Shown: positions 17,013 through 27,266, counted from the first letter of the stretch. The stretch is 32,000 nt of DNA from Candidatus Thorarchaeota archaeon (GCA_048882505.1 JBHLRO010000017.1:1-32000), one strand, 5' to 3'. A program made the numbers and translations. Notes: generated from the letters alone by a model not told the origin.

Positions 17013-17825
17013 CTATTCGCCTTCGAGAAACGACATTACGATAGCATTAAACTCGTCGGGACGTTCTAACGGTAAAACGTGAGACGTACCTGGGCCGTCG
17101 ATTTGGTGATATCGTGCCCCTGAAATGGCGTCAGCTACACGACGACACACCCATGGCGGCGTCAATCGATCACGTTCGCCACAAATAACTAGTGTCGGCG
17201 CTTTAACACCACCTAGGCGACTCAATGTATCATGCTTAACGTAAGCGTCCGCTTGTCTTTCGTAAGCCTCAGGACTCTGAGGATTCGGGTTGGAGGCAAG
17301 CATTTGAAGAGTTTGATCAACAGCCTCGGCGTTACGCAAGAAAGTATCGGAGAACAGCCACAGAAACTGTTGGGCTGCGAAAGTAAGTCCCTTCTTATCG
17401 TATGACTTAACGAAATTCCATACTGAAATTGGATCGAACTTTGCGTGACTATTATCTGCGCTCGTACCAGTCACTATTAGCTTGTCAAGTCGGTCAGGAT
17501 GTCTCAATGCAAACTCCTGCGCGATCATTCCACCCATAGATATGCCTAAAACGCTAGCACGATCGATCTTCAGACCGTTGAGTAATGTAACTACGTCATC
17601 AGCCATGTCTGCGATAGTGTACGAGCCATTAGCTTGGGAACTGCGGCCTACATCGCGGTTGTCGAAAACGATAACTTGATAGTTTTTTGAAAATGCTGGG
17701 ATCTGGTATAGACCCCAGAGCGTTGCGTCGTATCCGATGCCCATGATCAGAATCAGAGGGGACCCCTCTCCATGAACTTCGTAATACAAACTTTGACCAT
17801 TTGATTCAATCTTTCCACTTCTCAT
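17013..17825 (-). CDS. Alpha/beta-hydrolase (enol-lactone hydrolase/esterase-like)
   Basis: PLILIMGIG, FDNRDVGRS, GISMGGMIA, GERDRL and TSHVLPLERP. Confidence 0.85.
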   Translation of the reverse strand: MRSGKIESNGQSLYYEVHGEGSPLILIMGIGYDATLWGLYQIPAFSKNYQVIVFDNRDVGRSSQANGSYTIADMADDVVTLLNGLKIDRASVLGISMGGMIAQEFALRHPDRLDKLIVTGTSADNSHAKFDPISVWNFVKSYDKKGLTFAAQQFLWLFSDTFLRNAEAVDQTLQMLASNPNPQSPEAYERQADAYVKHDTLSRLGGVKAPTLVICGERDRLTPPWVCRRVADAISGARYHQIDGPGTSHVLPLERPDEFNAIVMSFLEGE

Positions 17826-17891
17826 CTTTTGTTCACTGTTCCTCTATTTTATTCTATTAATTCGCCATTATTTCTAGCCACTTTTCACGCC

Positions 17892-19322
17892 TTAGGAAGT
17901 CGGCTTGATATTCCTGTTCAAACGGAAGAAGTTTGAGGGATCGTATTTTTTCTTCAGTGCAGAGAGGCGATCGAGTTTCGTTGAACCATATGTGGTTTGG
18001 ACTCTATCATCGCCTTCGTCATCACTTTGGAAGTTGATATAGGCACCACCAACTGAGAACGGTTGAAGATCTTCCCAAAGTCCACGTGTCCATTTGATAT
18101 GCTTTTCTGATTCGTTTGGATCTGTCCACGCACAGCTGATGATAAGCGAATAGGCGGCATTACGGTGACTGTATGCTGTTGCATCTTCATCAATGCGACT
18201 TACTGCACCACCAAGGTGAAATCCTAAAATTACCGTTTTACTTGATGAGATTTTTGAGCCATGAGCGATCAATGTATCAATCATGTCATCACTAAATGGA
18301 GGTAGGAATTCGGATTTGATATAATAGTACCATCCTTTTGGGGCTGAAACATCCAGTAAGGACTGGAGCGTTCTGAAAGGTTTTGGGCCAATTGCATCAA
18401 CCAGGGGTTTTCCCCATTTTCTCAAAGGGGCAAGGAGTTTTTCACCCTCTTCAACTGAACCTGAATATAAAGCGATAATGCCTACTACTGGCTTACCATG
18501 AACTTCTTTAGGTAAGAAGGGTACAGGAGGAGCTATTCGGAGTAATGGTGCAACCGTAAGTTCATCGGGCGCATCAGCAATGAAATCACGATAGAAGCTT
18601 AGAAATTCCTTTGCTTCAGCCATGGGGTGGAGTAGCATTCCGCCAAGAACGGTAGGACCCACTGGTACGAGCTTATATTCGAATGAGGTGATAATACCGA
18701 AGTTACCGCCCCCACCACGAATCCCCCAGAATAGATCTTGATGGTCAGTTTCACTTGCTGTAAGGAATTCACCATCAGCTGTAACTATATCTACGGATAT
18801 AAGGTTGTCACACGTAAGTTGATATCTGCGTGAAAGCCATCCAAAGCCTCCACCAAGCGTTAAGCCAGCAATACCGGTTGTCGTCACGATGCCAGCTGGA
18901 ACAACAAGACCAAATACCTGGGTTTCACGATCAAGGTCTCCTAGAGTGGCACCAGCTTGAGCACGTACAGTTTTGGCCTTGGGATCAACACGAACTCCTT
19001 TCATGAGTGAGAGATCTATCAACATCCCATCATCACATAAAGAAGTTCCAGCTACATTGTGTCCACCGCCTCGAACGGATACTAAGAGATCATGTTCGCG
19101 CGCGAACTTTATCGCGTCAATTACATCCCCTGGATTACTACATCGGACAATAATTGCGGGACGTTTATCAATCATAGCATTCCAGATCTTACGTACCTCG
19201 TCATAATCTTCATGGGAAGGTAGAAGTACGTCCCCTTTGATCAATCCTCGCAATTTCTCAATCGCATCTTCAGCGAGGAAGATCTCCTTCTGTGTGAATG
19301 TCATACTCTTTATTTTCGACAT
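17892..19322 (-). CDS. FAD-linked oxidoreductase, berberine-bridge-enzyme-like (VAO/PCMH family)
   Basis: VRGGGHNVAG (covalent-FAD His), GIAGLTLGGGFGW, DLFWGIRGGGGNFGIIT, and C-terminal YINF...KKKYDPSNFFRLNRNI. Confidence 0.9.
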   Translation of the reverse strand: MSKIKSMTFTQKEIFLAEDAIEKLRGLIKGDVLLPSHEDYDEVRKIWNAMIDKRPAIIVRCSNPGDVIDAIKFAREHDLLVSVRGGGHNVAGTSLCDDGMLIDLSLMKGVRVDPKAKTVRAQAGATLGDLDRETQVFGLVVPAGIVTTTGIAGLTLGGGFGWLSRRYQLTCDNLISVDIVTADGEFLTASETDHQDLFWGIRGGGGNFGIITSFEYKLVPVGPTVLGGMLLHPMAEAKEFLSFYRDFIADAPDELTVAPLLRIAPPVPFLPKEVHGKPVVGIIALYSGSVEEGEKLLAPLRKWGKPLVDAIGPKPFRTLQSLLDVSAPKGWYYYIKSEFLPPFSDDMIDTLIAHGSKISSSKTVILGFHLGGAVSRIDEDATAYSHRNAAYSLIISCAWTDPNESEKHIKWTRGLWEDLQPFSVGGAYINFQSDDEGDDRVQTTYGSTKLDRLSALKKKYDPSNFFRLNRNIKPTS

Positions 19323-19755
19323 TTTACTCGTTTTTCGGAAAACAATAGTTAACTAGTTCTTGATTTTCGTGCGATTCTCGAAAGAAAGGGGGCATTATGC
19401 TATGGAATCGATGCATTCTACCATTTTTTCTTCGCGTTTCTGCAGGGATATAGCAGAACTAATATCGGCGGAAAACAGCATCCACTCTTTATTACCCAAA
19501 ACCTCGCATTTTGAGAAAGAAGTCAAGTTTTTCTGAATATTTCATGGGAGTAACTCCATCTTTAGACGTCTGCAGTAAAGATATGGGTTTTTTTGCTGGA
19601 ACCATTCTCATTCTGTAGAACAGTAGTAGAACTTCTGGTTCTGAAGTCCGATCAATCCATCGAAAATAAAATTTGATCGACTAATAACGCGAAACACATT
19701 ACAAGAAATGTATAAATAACGGGATGCATATTCTTGGGACGAAACCATTAATAAA

Positions 19756-20469
19756 ATGCACTTCCAGGTGTTTCACATGGACGATCGCGTTAAGATATTA
19801 CTCCTAATGATCTTCTACCTTCCAATCGTTTCTGTAGTTTTCAGTGCGTTGGTTCTCATCCCAGCTAATGATTTTGCTTGGCTTGAAGGCTGGTTCTTTA
19901 TCATTATCTTTTTAGGCTATGCTTTCCTGTACATTTTCTATTCTCTCATTAAAGATCCGGACATATTATTAAAAAGAGGCAAATATTTCACAGATAACCC
20001 AGAAACTCACTCATTCCCTGATAGAGCCTTCATGATCTTTGGTTTGGTCGTGTTTGGTTTTATCGTAATTTTTCCTGGAGTTGAGCATGCATCTAAAATC
20101 TCCCCTCTCCCTTGGTATCTCGAGCTTCTTGGATTTATCGGATTTATAATTGGGCTCATTGGAATCACGTATGTTAACAAGGTGAACAGGTATGCTTCAA
20201 AAGGTCTTGTCATTCACAAGGATCATGAATTGATCACTTCTGGCCCGTATCAATATGTTCGACATCCGATGTATGCGATCGCCGCAATCATGGTAATTTG
20301 TATACCTTTGGCTCTGGGATCGTTGATCGCTTTTCTGGTTTCCTTGTTATTTCCAATCCTATTACTTTTCAGGATACGAATTGAGGAAGATATGCTGATG
20401 AATCACTTGGCAGGATACAAGGAATATATGGAACAGGTCAAATACCGCCTCATTCCGAAAATTTATTAG
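19756..20469 (+). CDS. ICMT/Ste14/PEMT-family membrane methyltransferase
   Basis: LITSGPYQYVRHPMY, RIRIEEDML, YKEYMEQVKYRLIP and several TM helices. Start may be 19777. Confidence 0.85.
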   Translation: MHFQVFHMDDRVKILLLMIFYLPIVSVVFSALVLIPANDFAWLEGWFFIIIFLGYAFLYIFYSLIKDPDILLKRGKYFTDNPETHSFPDRAFMIFGLVVFGFIVIFPGVEHASKISPLPWYLELLGFIGFIIGLIGITYVNKVNRYASKGLVIHKDHELITSGPYQYVRHPMYAIAAIMVICIPLALGSLIAFLVSLLFPILLLFRIRIEEDMLMNHLAGYKEYMEQVKYRLIPKIY

Positions 20470-20617
20470 AACTGGTAAATTTTCCAAAATCAAATCAATA
20501 TGAAGACCTGCATTGAGGATCATACCCACAGTTTAAATCTTAGTAAATCAGCTAAGAGGATCTTAAATAACTTTTTAGCCATCTAAAAAGGGATTAAATC
20601 AAGAGCGAATAATTTGG

Positions 20618-21403
20618 TTAAACGCTTTCTTTTACAAAGGCGAGCTGGCGTCCAAGGGCAACAATCTTTCCTTCCTCACTCCAAAGCTGGATGTCTGTTT
20701 CCGAAAGACCGTTCGTAATGAAGCGAGATTTGGAGACAAAACCCAAGTTCTTACCCTTGGGAATGTCTCTAATCTGAACTGTTAACTCAAGCGTGGGAAC
20801 CCATGCTAGAGGTCCAGTTTTTCGTAGGATGGGAGGAGGGGTTGCATCCACGAACAACAGCACTGCCAGACCATCCAGTGGACGATTATCCTGAAAACCG
20901 AAGTAACCTGAAAAACCCAGTTCTTTCCCTTCTTCTCCTCTTAGCCAGTCTAATTGCTCGCTAGGGACTGAAAGTTTCACCTGCTTGAAAAAAGGGATTG
21001 GAACATCGGACATCTCCACACAAACGGATGGATCAGGTAACATCGGCCATTCTTGGACCGAAGTCAGCCCGTTAAATGAACCTCTTTGAGTAAACATTCC
21101 TGTATAAGAAATAACTACAGCCTGGTTCTGGATTAACGAAATATTCATGGTGATAGTCCTTTTGCTACGTATGATGCGATCAATGATCAAATCAGCATGA
21201 CCTGGCGATGTTGGTTTATGGAAATACGCCGTCATTGACAGAGGGATCTTGTAGTCGGAGACGGTCGAAATAACTTTCCCTGCTATTGCCATTAAGTATC
21301 CCCCATTCGGAGCAACGATGTTCCAGTCACTCGAGATTTCCGTCATAAATCGGTTTTCTCCCTTACTCTCCACATGAATATCTTGATCGAATTTAAATTC
21401 CAT
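20618..21403 (-). CDS. Double hot-dog acyl-CoA thioesterase (TesB-like family)
   Basis: WNIVAPNGGYLMAIA, LFVDATPP, WVPTLELTVQIR and SEEGKIVALGRQL. Confidence 0.8.
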   Translation of the reverse strand: MEFKFDQDIHVESKGENRFMTEISSDWNIVAPNGGYLMAIAGKVISTVSDYKIPLSMTAYFHKPTSPGHADLIIDRIIRSKRTITMNISLIQNQAVVISYTGMFTQRGSFNGLTSVQEWPMLPDPSVCVEMSDVPIPFFKQVKLSVPSEQLDWLRGEEGKELGFSGYFGFQDNRPLDGLAVLLFVDATPPPILRKTGPLAWVPTLELTVQIRDIPKGKNLGFVSKSRFITNGLSETDIQLWSEEGKIVALGRQLAFVKESV

Positions 21404-21505
21404 AAACGGCCATCCTGCTATAAACAGTTGGATAAAAGTTTATATTTTATCAATTCCCTCCTATCAATAAAGAATCTCGATTTTTACGTATAGAAATCCA
21501 GGTTC

Positions 21506-21706
21506 TCATCCATAACTCTTGACAAGACTTATAAATTTCTGCGAAATGGACCTTTTTTCAAGAATCAAGAGAAAAAGCCCATAAGAAGATACCACTATAA
21601 TTGTAATTAAGTAAGCGAGTATTTTCAAATCCAAGAAGAGAGGTACGCTAGCCACGATAGCAAAATTATAGGCAGGAGGGTTATGGCCAATTAAGTTTAG
21701 TATCAT
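21506..21706 (-). pseudogene. 66-aa ORF homologous to the C-terminal third of 21805-22455 (truncated tandem duplicate)
   Basis: IGHNPP vs IGHNLP; LFLDLKILAYLI vs LFLEIKLLFYLI; YGLFLLILEKRSISQKF vs YGITLIALEKTSISDKF. Confidence 0.6.
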
Positions 21707-21804
21707 CAGATTTCTTCTCCGATGTCATGGTTTCAAAAAGTAACCAGTCAGGTGAGTCGAGTTTTTTTCAGTTCCCCCTATTGGTCAAAAGACTTGATGC
21801 GGAT

Positions 21805-22455
21805 CTAAATCACCTTGTTATCCGACGCGTGACTCTTCAAATAACGGGCAAATTTATCTGATATAGAAGTTTTTTCAAGAGCAATTAGGGTAATTCCGTA
21901 AACTATAACCATTGTTATGAGTATTAGGTAAAAGAGCAGTTTAATTTCCAGGAAAAGAAAAACATTATCTACTGATACCATGTTAATAAAGGGAAGATTA
22001 TGCCCGATCCCTATTAATACAATTACATTGGCGAAAATTGCTGGAATGACAGCCTTCCGATCTTTCCCAAAATACCAACCTATCAAAATTCCAGATAATA
22101 GCATTATTGGAATAATAGGAAATATCACGCGTTCTCCGAAATCGGAGGGCAAGGTTCTCGTTTCTATCAATTCTGCTATTGAATAGGTTTTCTCGGAAAA
22201 AAGGGTCACCAAATCGACTAAAATCATAGGAATGGAGAATAGGGTCAAAAATTTGATTAGATTACGTACATTAAAAGCCTCAAAGATCGTGAGATAGGCC
22301 CAGGCCAAAAATAAACCAGTCAAAGCCCCAATAATTAACGCGAAGGGGAGAATGAAAAAGATATCCGCAATAAATAGAAAATGCAGCAATATGAAGATGA
22401 ATGAAGTTATTATTCCTGCTATTGTTCCTGAAACAAGGAAAGAAGACGAGTTCAT
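21805..22455 (-). CDS. Uncharacterised multi-pass membrane protein
   Basis: About 6 hydrophobic segments in a 216-aa clean ORF. Confidence 0.7.
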   Translation of the reverse strand: MNSSSFLVSGTIAGIITSFIFILLHFLFIADIFFILPFALIIGALTGLFLAWAYLTIFEAFNVRNLIKFLTLFSIPMILVDLVTLFSEKTYSIAELIETRTLPSDFGERVIFPIIPIMLLSGILIGWYFGKDRKAVIPAIFANVIVLIGIGHNLPFINMVSVDNVFLFLEIKLLFYLILITMVIVYGITLIALEKTSISDKFARYLKSHASDNKVI

Positions 22456-22653
22456 CTGCCTGTATTCATTAGTTTTATATGATATAAATAGCAGACTGTT
22501 TTATTCCTCGTAAGGCTTGTGACAACCAAAACTTGGATATTGCAGGTTTTTAATGCAATAGAGTGATGGCAGATACACAATTACGATAAAGATGGCAGAA
22601 AACTTATAATTGGAAATCGAGCTTTTACCGCTTCGGTGTGGAAGATGAGGAGA

Positions 22654-23520
22654 ATGAAACTATCGGGACTGGTAGTAGTCCTTTTTCTCCTTATATTATC
22701 AGCTGGGACGGCATTTGCCGCTAGCGTGCCAACAGAAGGCGTAGTTACAGAAGGGGTTGGGGTACCTGGAATAGCACTAGGTTTTACCAGGGCTGAGGTT
22801 ATAACCAGTTATGGGCCTCCGACCCATTGTCAAGGCATATATAGCGATTTCTGTCATTATGACTTACCTGAGGGCGACATTTTCATTCATTATTCGGGGC
22901 CAAACGGGGGAAACGTGACGGGAACGGATGAAGACGTTCTCCATCAAGTTTATTGGTATCGGCTTAGCGGTTGGGTAACAACAGCTGGTGTCAATACCGA
23001 TCTGGCGCTAGAGAACCCTGATGCGGTCATCGCCGCCTATCCAAACGCCATTGTGACCTACAATCAGTTCGGGCAAATCCTTAGCGTGACAGATTACCCG
23101 CTTGGCATCGCGGTTGACTGGGTGCGTACTCTATACCCATTACCCTCCGTGCAAACTCGGATAAGGGTTTTTTACCCCAGGGATCCACCCGTTCCCCCCG
23201 AACCCACTTTACACTCATCCTGGATCGCCTTGCGTGTCCATCGTAATCGTGTGGAGGCATCTGTTTGGGTGAATGACATACACAATGGTTCTGGAGTAGA
23301 AGGGGCAGTTGTTTCAGCGACTTGGACCTTACCTAAAGGCCGCACAATGGCCGTGACAGGAACTACCAACAATTATGGTGAGGTTTTGTTTGAGATAAAA
23401 AAATCACATGGTACCTACGTTTTTACCATTGATGACATTACAAAAGAGGGTTATGTCTTCGATGCCGATAACAGCGTGTTAAGTGCCCAAATCGAAGTGA
23501 CGGGAAAGGGTGGAAACTAA
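22654..23520 (+). CDS. Secreted protein with signal peptide and C-terminal Ig-like beta-sandwich
   Basis: MKLSGLVVVLFLLILSAGTAFA signal peptide after GAGGAGA. Pro-rich linker PRDPPVPPEP. GAVVSATW...GTTNNYGEV...GTYVFTIDDITKEGY resembles Ig-like modules of secreted enzymes. Track start is 22636. Confidence 0.7.
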   Translation: MKLSGLVVVLFLLILSAGTAFAASVPTEGVVTEGVGVPGIALGFTRAEVITSYGPPTHCQGIYSDFCHYDLPEGDIFIHYSGPNGGNVTGTDEDVLHQVYWYRLSGWVTTAGVNTDLALENPDAVIAAYPNAIVTYNQFGQILSVTDYPLGIAVDWVRTLYPLPSVQTRIRVFYPRDPPVPPEPTLHSSWIALRVHRNRVEASVWVNDIHNGSGVEGAVVSATWTLPKGRTMAVTGTTNNYGEVLFEIKKSHGTYVFTIDDITKEGYVFDADNSVLSAQIEVTGKGGN

Positions 23521-23696
23521 CACCGTCGCGTACCGTAAAGAGATCCGCTTTAACGATACATCTGGGAGTTTTTGCATCGATCTTAGGTGCAGCAGTATTA
23601 GTTAATCTTGCTGGTTGAGGGAACCAAATCCTTACAAATTTGGGGACCGGAAATTATCCGCCTTTGACAAACAGGAGAGAGGTATATAGGAGTCTT

Positions 23697-24686
23697 TCAT
23701 CTTTTGTAAGGTGATTTCTTTATTAAGCTCCTTTTTATGAAGGGACCAATGAAGAACATTAATAGTCGATTTAATATATTGGGTTTCTCTTTATCTCTTA
23801 GGTATTGATCGTAAGTAATATTTTGATATTGTAAAACCTCTTGTGATTCTGTTGTATCCATCCAGTGAGTATAATACCAATCAGAATCCGACTGTGCTTG
23901 TTTGAACACATCTTCTGGCATTCCCCTCATACCCATATCTTCTAAAAATGGAAAGATAAATTCTTTTTGATATAATTGACATCCTTTTCCTCCACCTCCA
24001 AAAAATATTCTTTTCACAGCACGATCGTTGCCTAGTGCATTAACCATTGCACGTGCCGCATCATATGTATGGATTGCCTCAACTTTTTGTTCTAACGGTA
24101 TTCCAAACAGAAATTCTAGTGCAACATCATCCAATCCCCCTCTTGGTTGACCTTCAGTCTCGACTGCAAGGATTGCTCCAAAGCGGACGATAGTCCAATT
24201 CAATTTACAGTCGTAAATATATTCTTCACACTCTACTTTATGGTGAGTGTAATTATCAGTTGGCTTTAGGGGATCAGTGACTTTTAATGGAGGATTAGTC
24301 GGTTTTTGAGGACCGTGAACCGAGACCGAACTGGCAAAAGCAAAATGTTTTATATCTGAAAATGCTTCCGCTTCTTCAATAAGGTTTTTAGTTCCCGTTA
24401 CGTTTACTTTTTTTGCTAATTCAGGATTTTGTTCTGAGGGAGGTGGTATAATTGCGGCAGTATGAATTATCCCTTCTATCCCTTCTAATGCATTTCTTAT
24501 AGAATTTTTATCAAGAATATCTCCCCAAAACACCTCCATTTTTGGAGTGTCCTTATATTTTTCAAATCTTATTTCCGTCATTTTTGACTTAATATCAAAA
24601 CAACGCATTTCATGTCCCTGTTTGGCAAGTTCCTTGATGCATGAAGTGCCTAAGTTCCCAAAAGCTCCTGTTAGAAGAATTTTCAT
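23697..24686 (-). CDS. Extended SDR, NAD-dependent epimerase/dehydratase (3-beta-HSD-like)
   Basis: ILLTGAFGNLG, HTAAII, VNVTGTKNL, ASSVSVHG and YTHHK (YxxxK). Confidence 0.85.
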   Translation of the reverse strand: MKILLTGAFGNLGTSCIKELAKQGHEMRCFDIKSKMTEIRFEKYKDTPKMEVFWGDILDKNSIRNALEGIEGIIHTAAIIPPPSEQNPELAKKVNVTGTKNLIEEAEAFSDIKHFAFASSVSVHGPQKPTNPPLKVTDPLKPTDNYTHHKVECEEYIYDCKLNWTIVRFGAILAVETEGQPRGGLDDVALEFLFGIPLEQKVEAIHTYDAARAMVNALGNDRAVKRIFFGGGGKGCQLYQKEFIFPFLEDMGMRGMPEDVFKQAQSDSDWYYTHWMDTTESQEVLQYQNITYDQYLRDKEKPNILNRLLMFFIGPFIKRSLIKKSPYKR

Positions 24687-24787
24687 AAATCATCTAGGTA
24701 GTTAATTCATTTAAAAATTTATGTACTCACTGTCTCTGATATCCTCCCAAAAGAGCTAATAATGTCCTCCTATCGATATTCCCAAAA

Positions 24788-25324
24788 ATGACAGTCAGTT
24801 TAATTCGAGTTGACATAAGAACAGGAGAGGAAAGGGAATTTAATATTGTATTTGCAATGTATTATGCGCTAAAAAATCAATCTATTAAAAAGCAATTTAG
24901 AACTGTGATTGTTTTGAGAAAAATCAAAAATGACTGGTATTTGAGAGTGTCTTTTCTTTTAGGTGGTAGCTATAACCTCCTATCTGGGATTATACTATTA
25001 TTGTTCTGGGATGCATTATTTTCCTTTTTTAGTGTGAATAAACCTGATCCCATATTCGTACAGATAACGGCCTTATTTCTAATTGTCGTGGGATATTTCC
25101 TGATTTATGCAGCTCAAAATCCGCGGGAATTGATGATAATCGGAATTGGATCAGTGACAACGCGTTTAGCCTACCTGGTCATTGTTCTTGTTACTTCGGC
25201 AGTTCAGAATCTAGATAATTTGTACCTTCTGATGGGAATAGTTGATGCAGCCATTGCCGTTCTTATCTTGATTCTGCTACTACTTACCGATGGAGTAATG
25301 TGGCGACGATTATGGAGTTATTAA
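24788..25324 (+). CDS. Uncharacterised 4-TM membrane protein
   Basis: Four hydrophobic helices from GSYNLLSGII onward. The true start is probably downstream of 24788. Confidence 0.6.
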   Translation: MTVSLIRVDIRTGEEREFNIVFAMYYALKNQSIKKQFRTVIVLRKIKNDWYLRVSFLLGGSYNLLSGIILLLFWDALFSFFSVNKPDPIFVQITALFLIVVGYFLIYAAQNPRELMIIGIGSVTTRLAYLVIVLVTSAVQNLDNLYLLMGIVDAAIAVLILILLLLTDGVMWRRLWSY

Positions 25325-25599
25325 GTTTCCTTCAAGCATTTGATAGATTGTCCAACTCATATTCCAGTTACACGAATACAAGCTAAATCAATACGTTTCT
25401 TTACTCCTGATCCTGCTTCTTATTTTAGTTTTTGAGACGAATTACCATCATGTCTCTTCATCATCAAACCATCTTTTACGGAGAATATTGTTATAAGCCA
25501 CGAATATTACCGACATTTCTCTTCTATGATCGCTTATTAATGAATAAAAATGTAATTAACTTAGATAAGATTTCACGAAAAACAGATGGATTGATCATT

Positions 25600-26532
25600 A
25601 TGATCTCGGAGAATGAACAGCGCGCTTTAAGTGAAATCACCAGGTTGTTGTATGAGACTGGGAAGTTAAATGAAGGAGAAAATATCAAGACATTAGAGCA
25701 CAACCAACACATCTATGATGAAAAAGTATGTGTAAAAATTGTTAATGGAACAGTAGTGGGGCTCTCACTTAGATTTTGCGGTTTAAGATCCCTTCCTGAA
25801 AGTATAGGGTCTTTAGTAAATCTTAAACAACTCTTTATTCACGATAACAAGTTGAATACTTTACCAATTTCAATAGGAAGCTTACAGGATCTGGAAGTAC
25901 TAGACGCTGCCAATAATCAACTTGAGAACATACCAAACTCTATAGGACAATTAAAATCGCTAAAGTTCTTATATTTACATAATAATATGTTAAAACACTT
26001 ACACGAATCAATAAAGGGTTTACATAATCTTATCTACTTGAATATTAGTGAAAATCAATTTGAAGAGCTACCAGAATACTTTAGTAAACTCCAAAACCTA
26101 ATAGAATTCAGATTACATGATAATAAACTCGCCAAACTACAAGATAACATCGGAGAACTTGAGAACCTTCAAGAGATATACGTTATGAACAACAATCTAA
26201 GCTCCCTACCAGAGACATTTGGAGATTTAAAATCCTTAGTTAAAGCAGATTTCAAAAATAACCTAATAATGGCAGTTCCTGCTAGATTTGGCGATCTAAC
26301 TAATCTAGTAGAATGTAGTTTTAGAAATAATAGATTGGAGAACTTGGAATTTCCTATGAGATCAATGTTATCTCTGCAGGTATTGGATCTTCGCGCAAAT
26401 AGACTAAGATCTGTACCAAAAACATTAGAAGATACTAATAGTCTTAAAAAGCTCGATCTACGATGGAATCCAATTGATATGGAAACAATTTTGCAACTAG
26501 AGAGTAAATCATCAGTATTAATATATTATTAA
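25600..26532 (+). CDS. Leucine-rich repeat protein (about 11 repeats of 23 aa)
   Basis: Repeats of LxxLxLxxNxLxxLPxxIGxL. In-frame ATG at 25600 (MISENEQ) is preferred over the track start at 25432. Confidence 0.9.
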   Translation: MISENEQRALSEITRLLYETGKLNEGENIKTLEHNQHIYDEKVCVKIVNGTVVGLSLRFCGLRSLPESIGSLVNLKQLFIHDNKLNTLPISIGSLQDLEVLDAANNQLENIPNSIGQLKSLKFLYLHNNMLKHLHESIKGLHNLIYLNISENQFEELPEYFSKLQNLIEFRLHDNKLAKLQDNIGELENLQEIYVMNNNLSSLPETFGDLKSLVKADFKNNLIMAVPARFGDLTNLVECSFRNNRLENLEFPMRSMLSLQVLDLRANRLRSVPKTLEDTNSLKKLDLRWNPIDMETILQLESKSSVLIYY

Positions 26533-26774
26533 GGTGGTTGAACTTCGGTAAATACTTTGTATTCTTAACCAACATCTAACGAATTAAAAAAACATTATAC
26601 GAAAGAAAATAGCATTTAGAAATCGATGAATGATGAATGCCCATCCGTGATTTACGGGGATGTCGCCAAACCTACTTTTACGAAGTTCAGACAGGATCTA
26701 AGTAGATATTTTAAAGCGTTGTAATTTTCTTTCCAGACTGTTGCTGATCCACAATTTCTTCTGCAAAGATTACT

Positions 26775-27266
26775 CTATAATTCTGCATTGCCAATCCAAA
26801 ATTTCTCGTCAATACCGTAATGACGTAATCTAATCTGTAGAGCACCAATATGTAACATTACATGTCTAAGATTATACAAAAGGGAGCTTAGAAGAGATGA
26901 GCCATGCCATTCAAATATCGGCTTGCCTTGGAGTTGCCCTAGTGTCATACTAGTGAACAAGTTTTTCGCTTTACTCCTCATCTCCTTTATGTATTCTAGC
27001 AAATCACTTTTCTCGAGAGTTCTTATCATATACATATCGTCTCTTTCATCAGGAAATTTGGGTTTGTAGCTTTCCCGTTCTTCTTTTGACTTACTAAGAT
27101 ATAAATCAACAAAGTAAAGAATGTGATTAACTACTCCATAAATTGGAGGGGTATTAGGAGAATTTTTCCAGATCTCATTTGGACAGAAGTCAATTATTTT
27201 TTCGAGTGTGTTAAATGCTGCTCCATACTGCTCTTCTAATGCTGTAAAAATCCTTTCTGTATTCAT
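26775..27266 (-). CDS. DinB/YfiT-like four-helix protein
   Basis: FCPNEIW, VNHILYFVDLY and YNLRHVMLHIGAL give three candidate metal-binding His. Confidence 0.75.
   Translation of the reverse strand: MNTERIFTALEEQYGAAFNTLEKIIDFCPNEIWKNSPNTPPIYGVVNHILYFVDLYLSKSKEERESYKPKFPDERDDMYMIRTLEKSDLLEYIKEMRSKAKNLFTSMTLGQLQGKPIFEWHGSSLLSSLLYNLRHVMLHIGALQIRLRHYGIDEKFWIGNAEL

Noticed and set aside
17892-24686. Sterol-pathway interpretation of FAD oxidase + 3-beta-HSD-like SDR + methyltransferase
   Set aside because: The families are generic, the genes are not contiguous, and no squalene epoxidase or cyclase is present.
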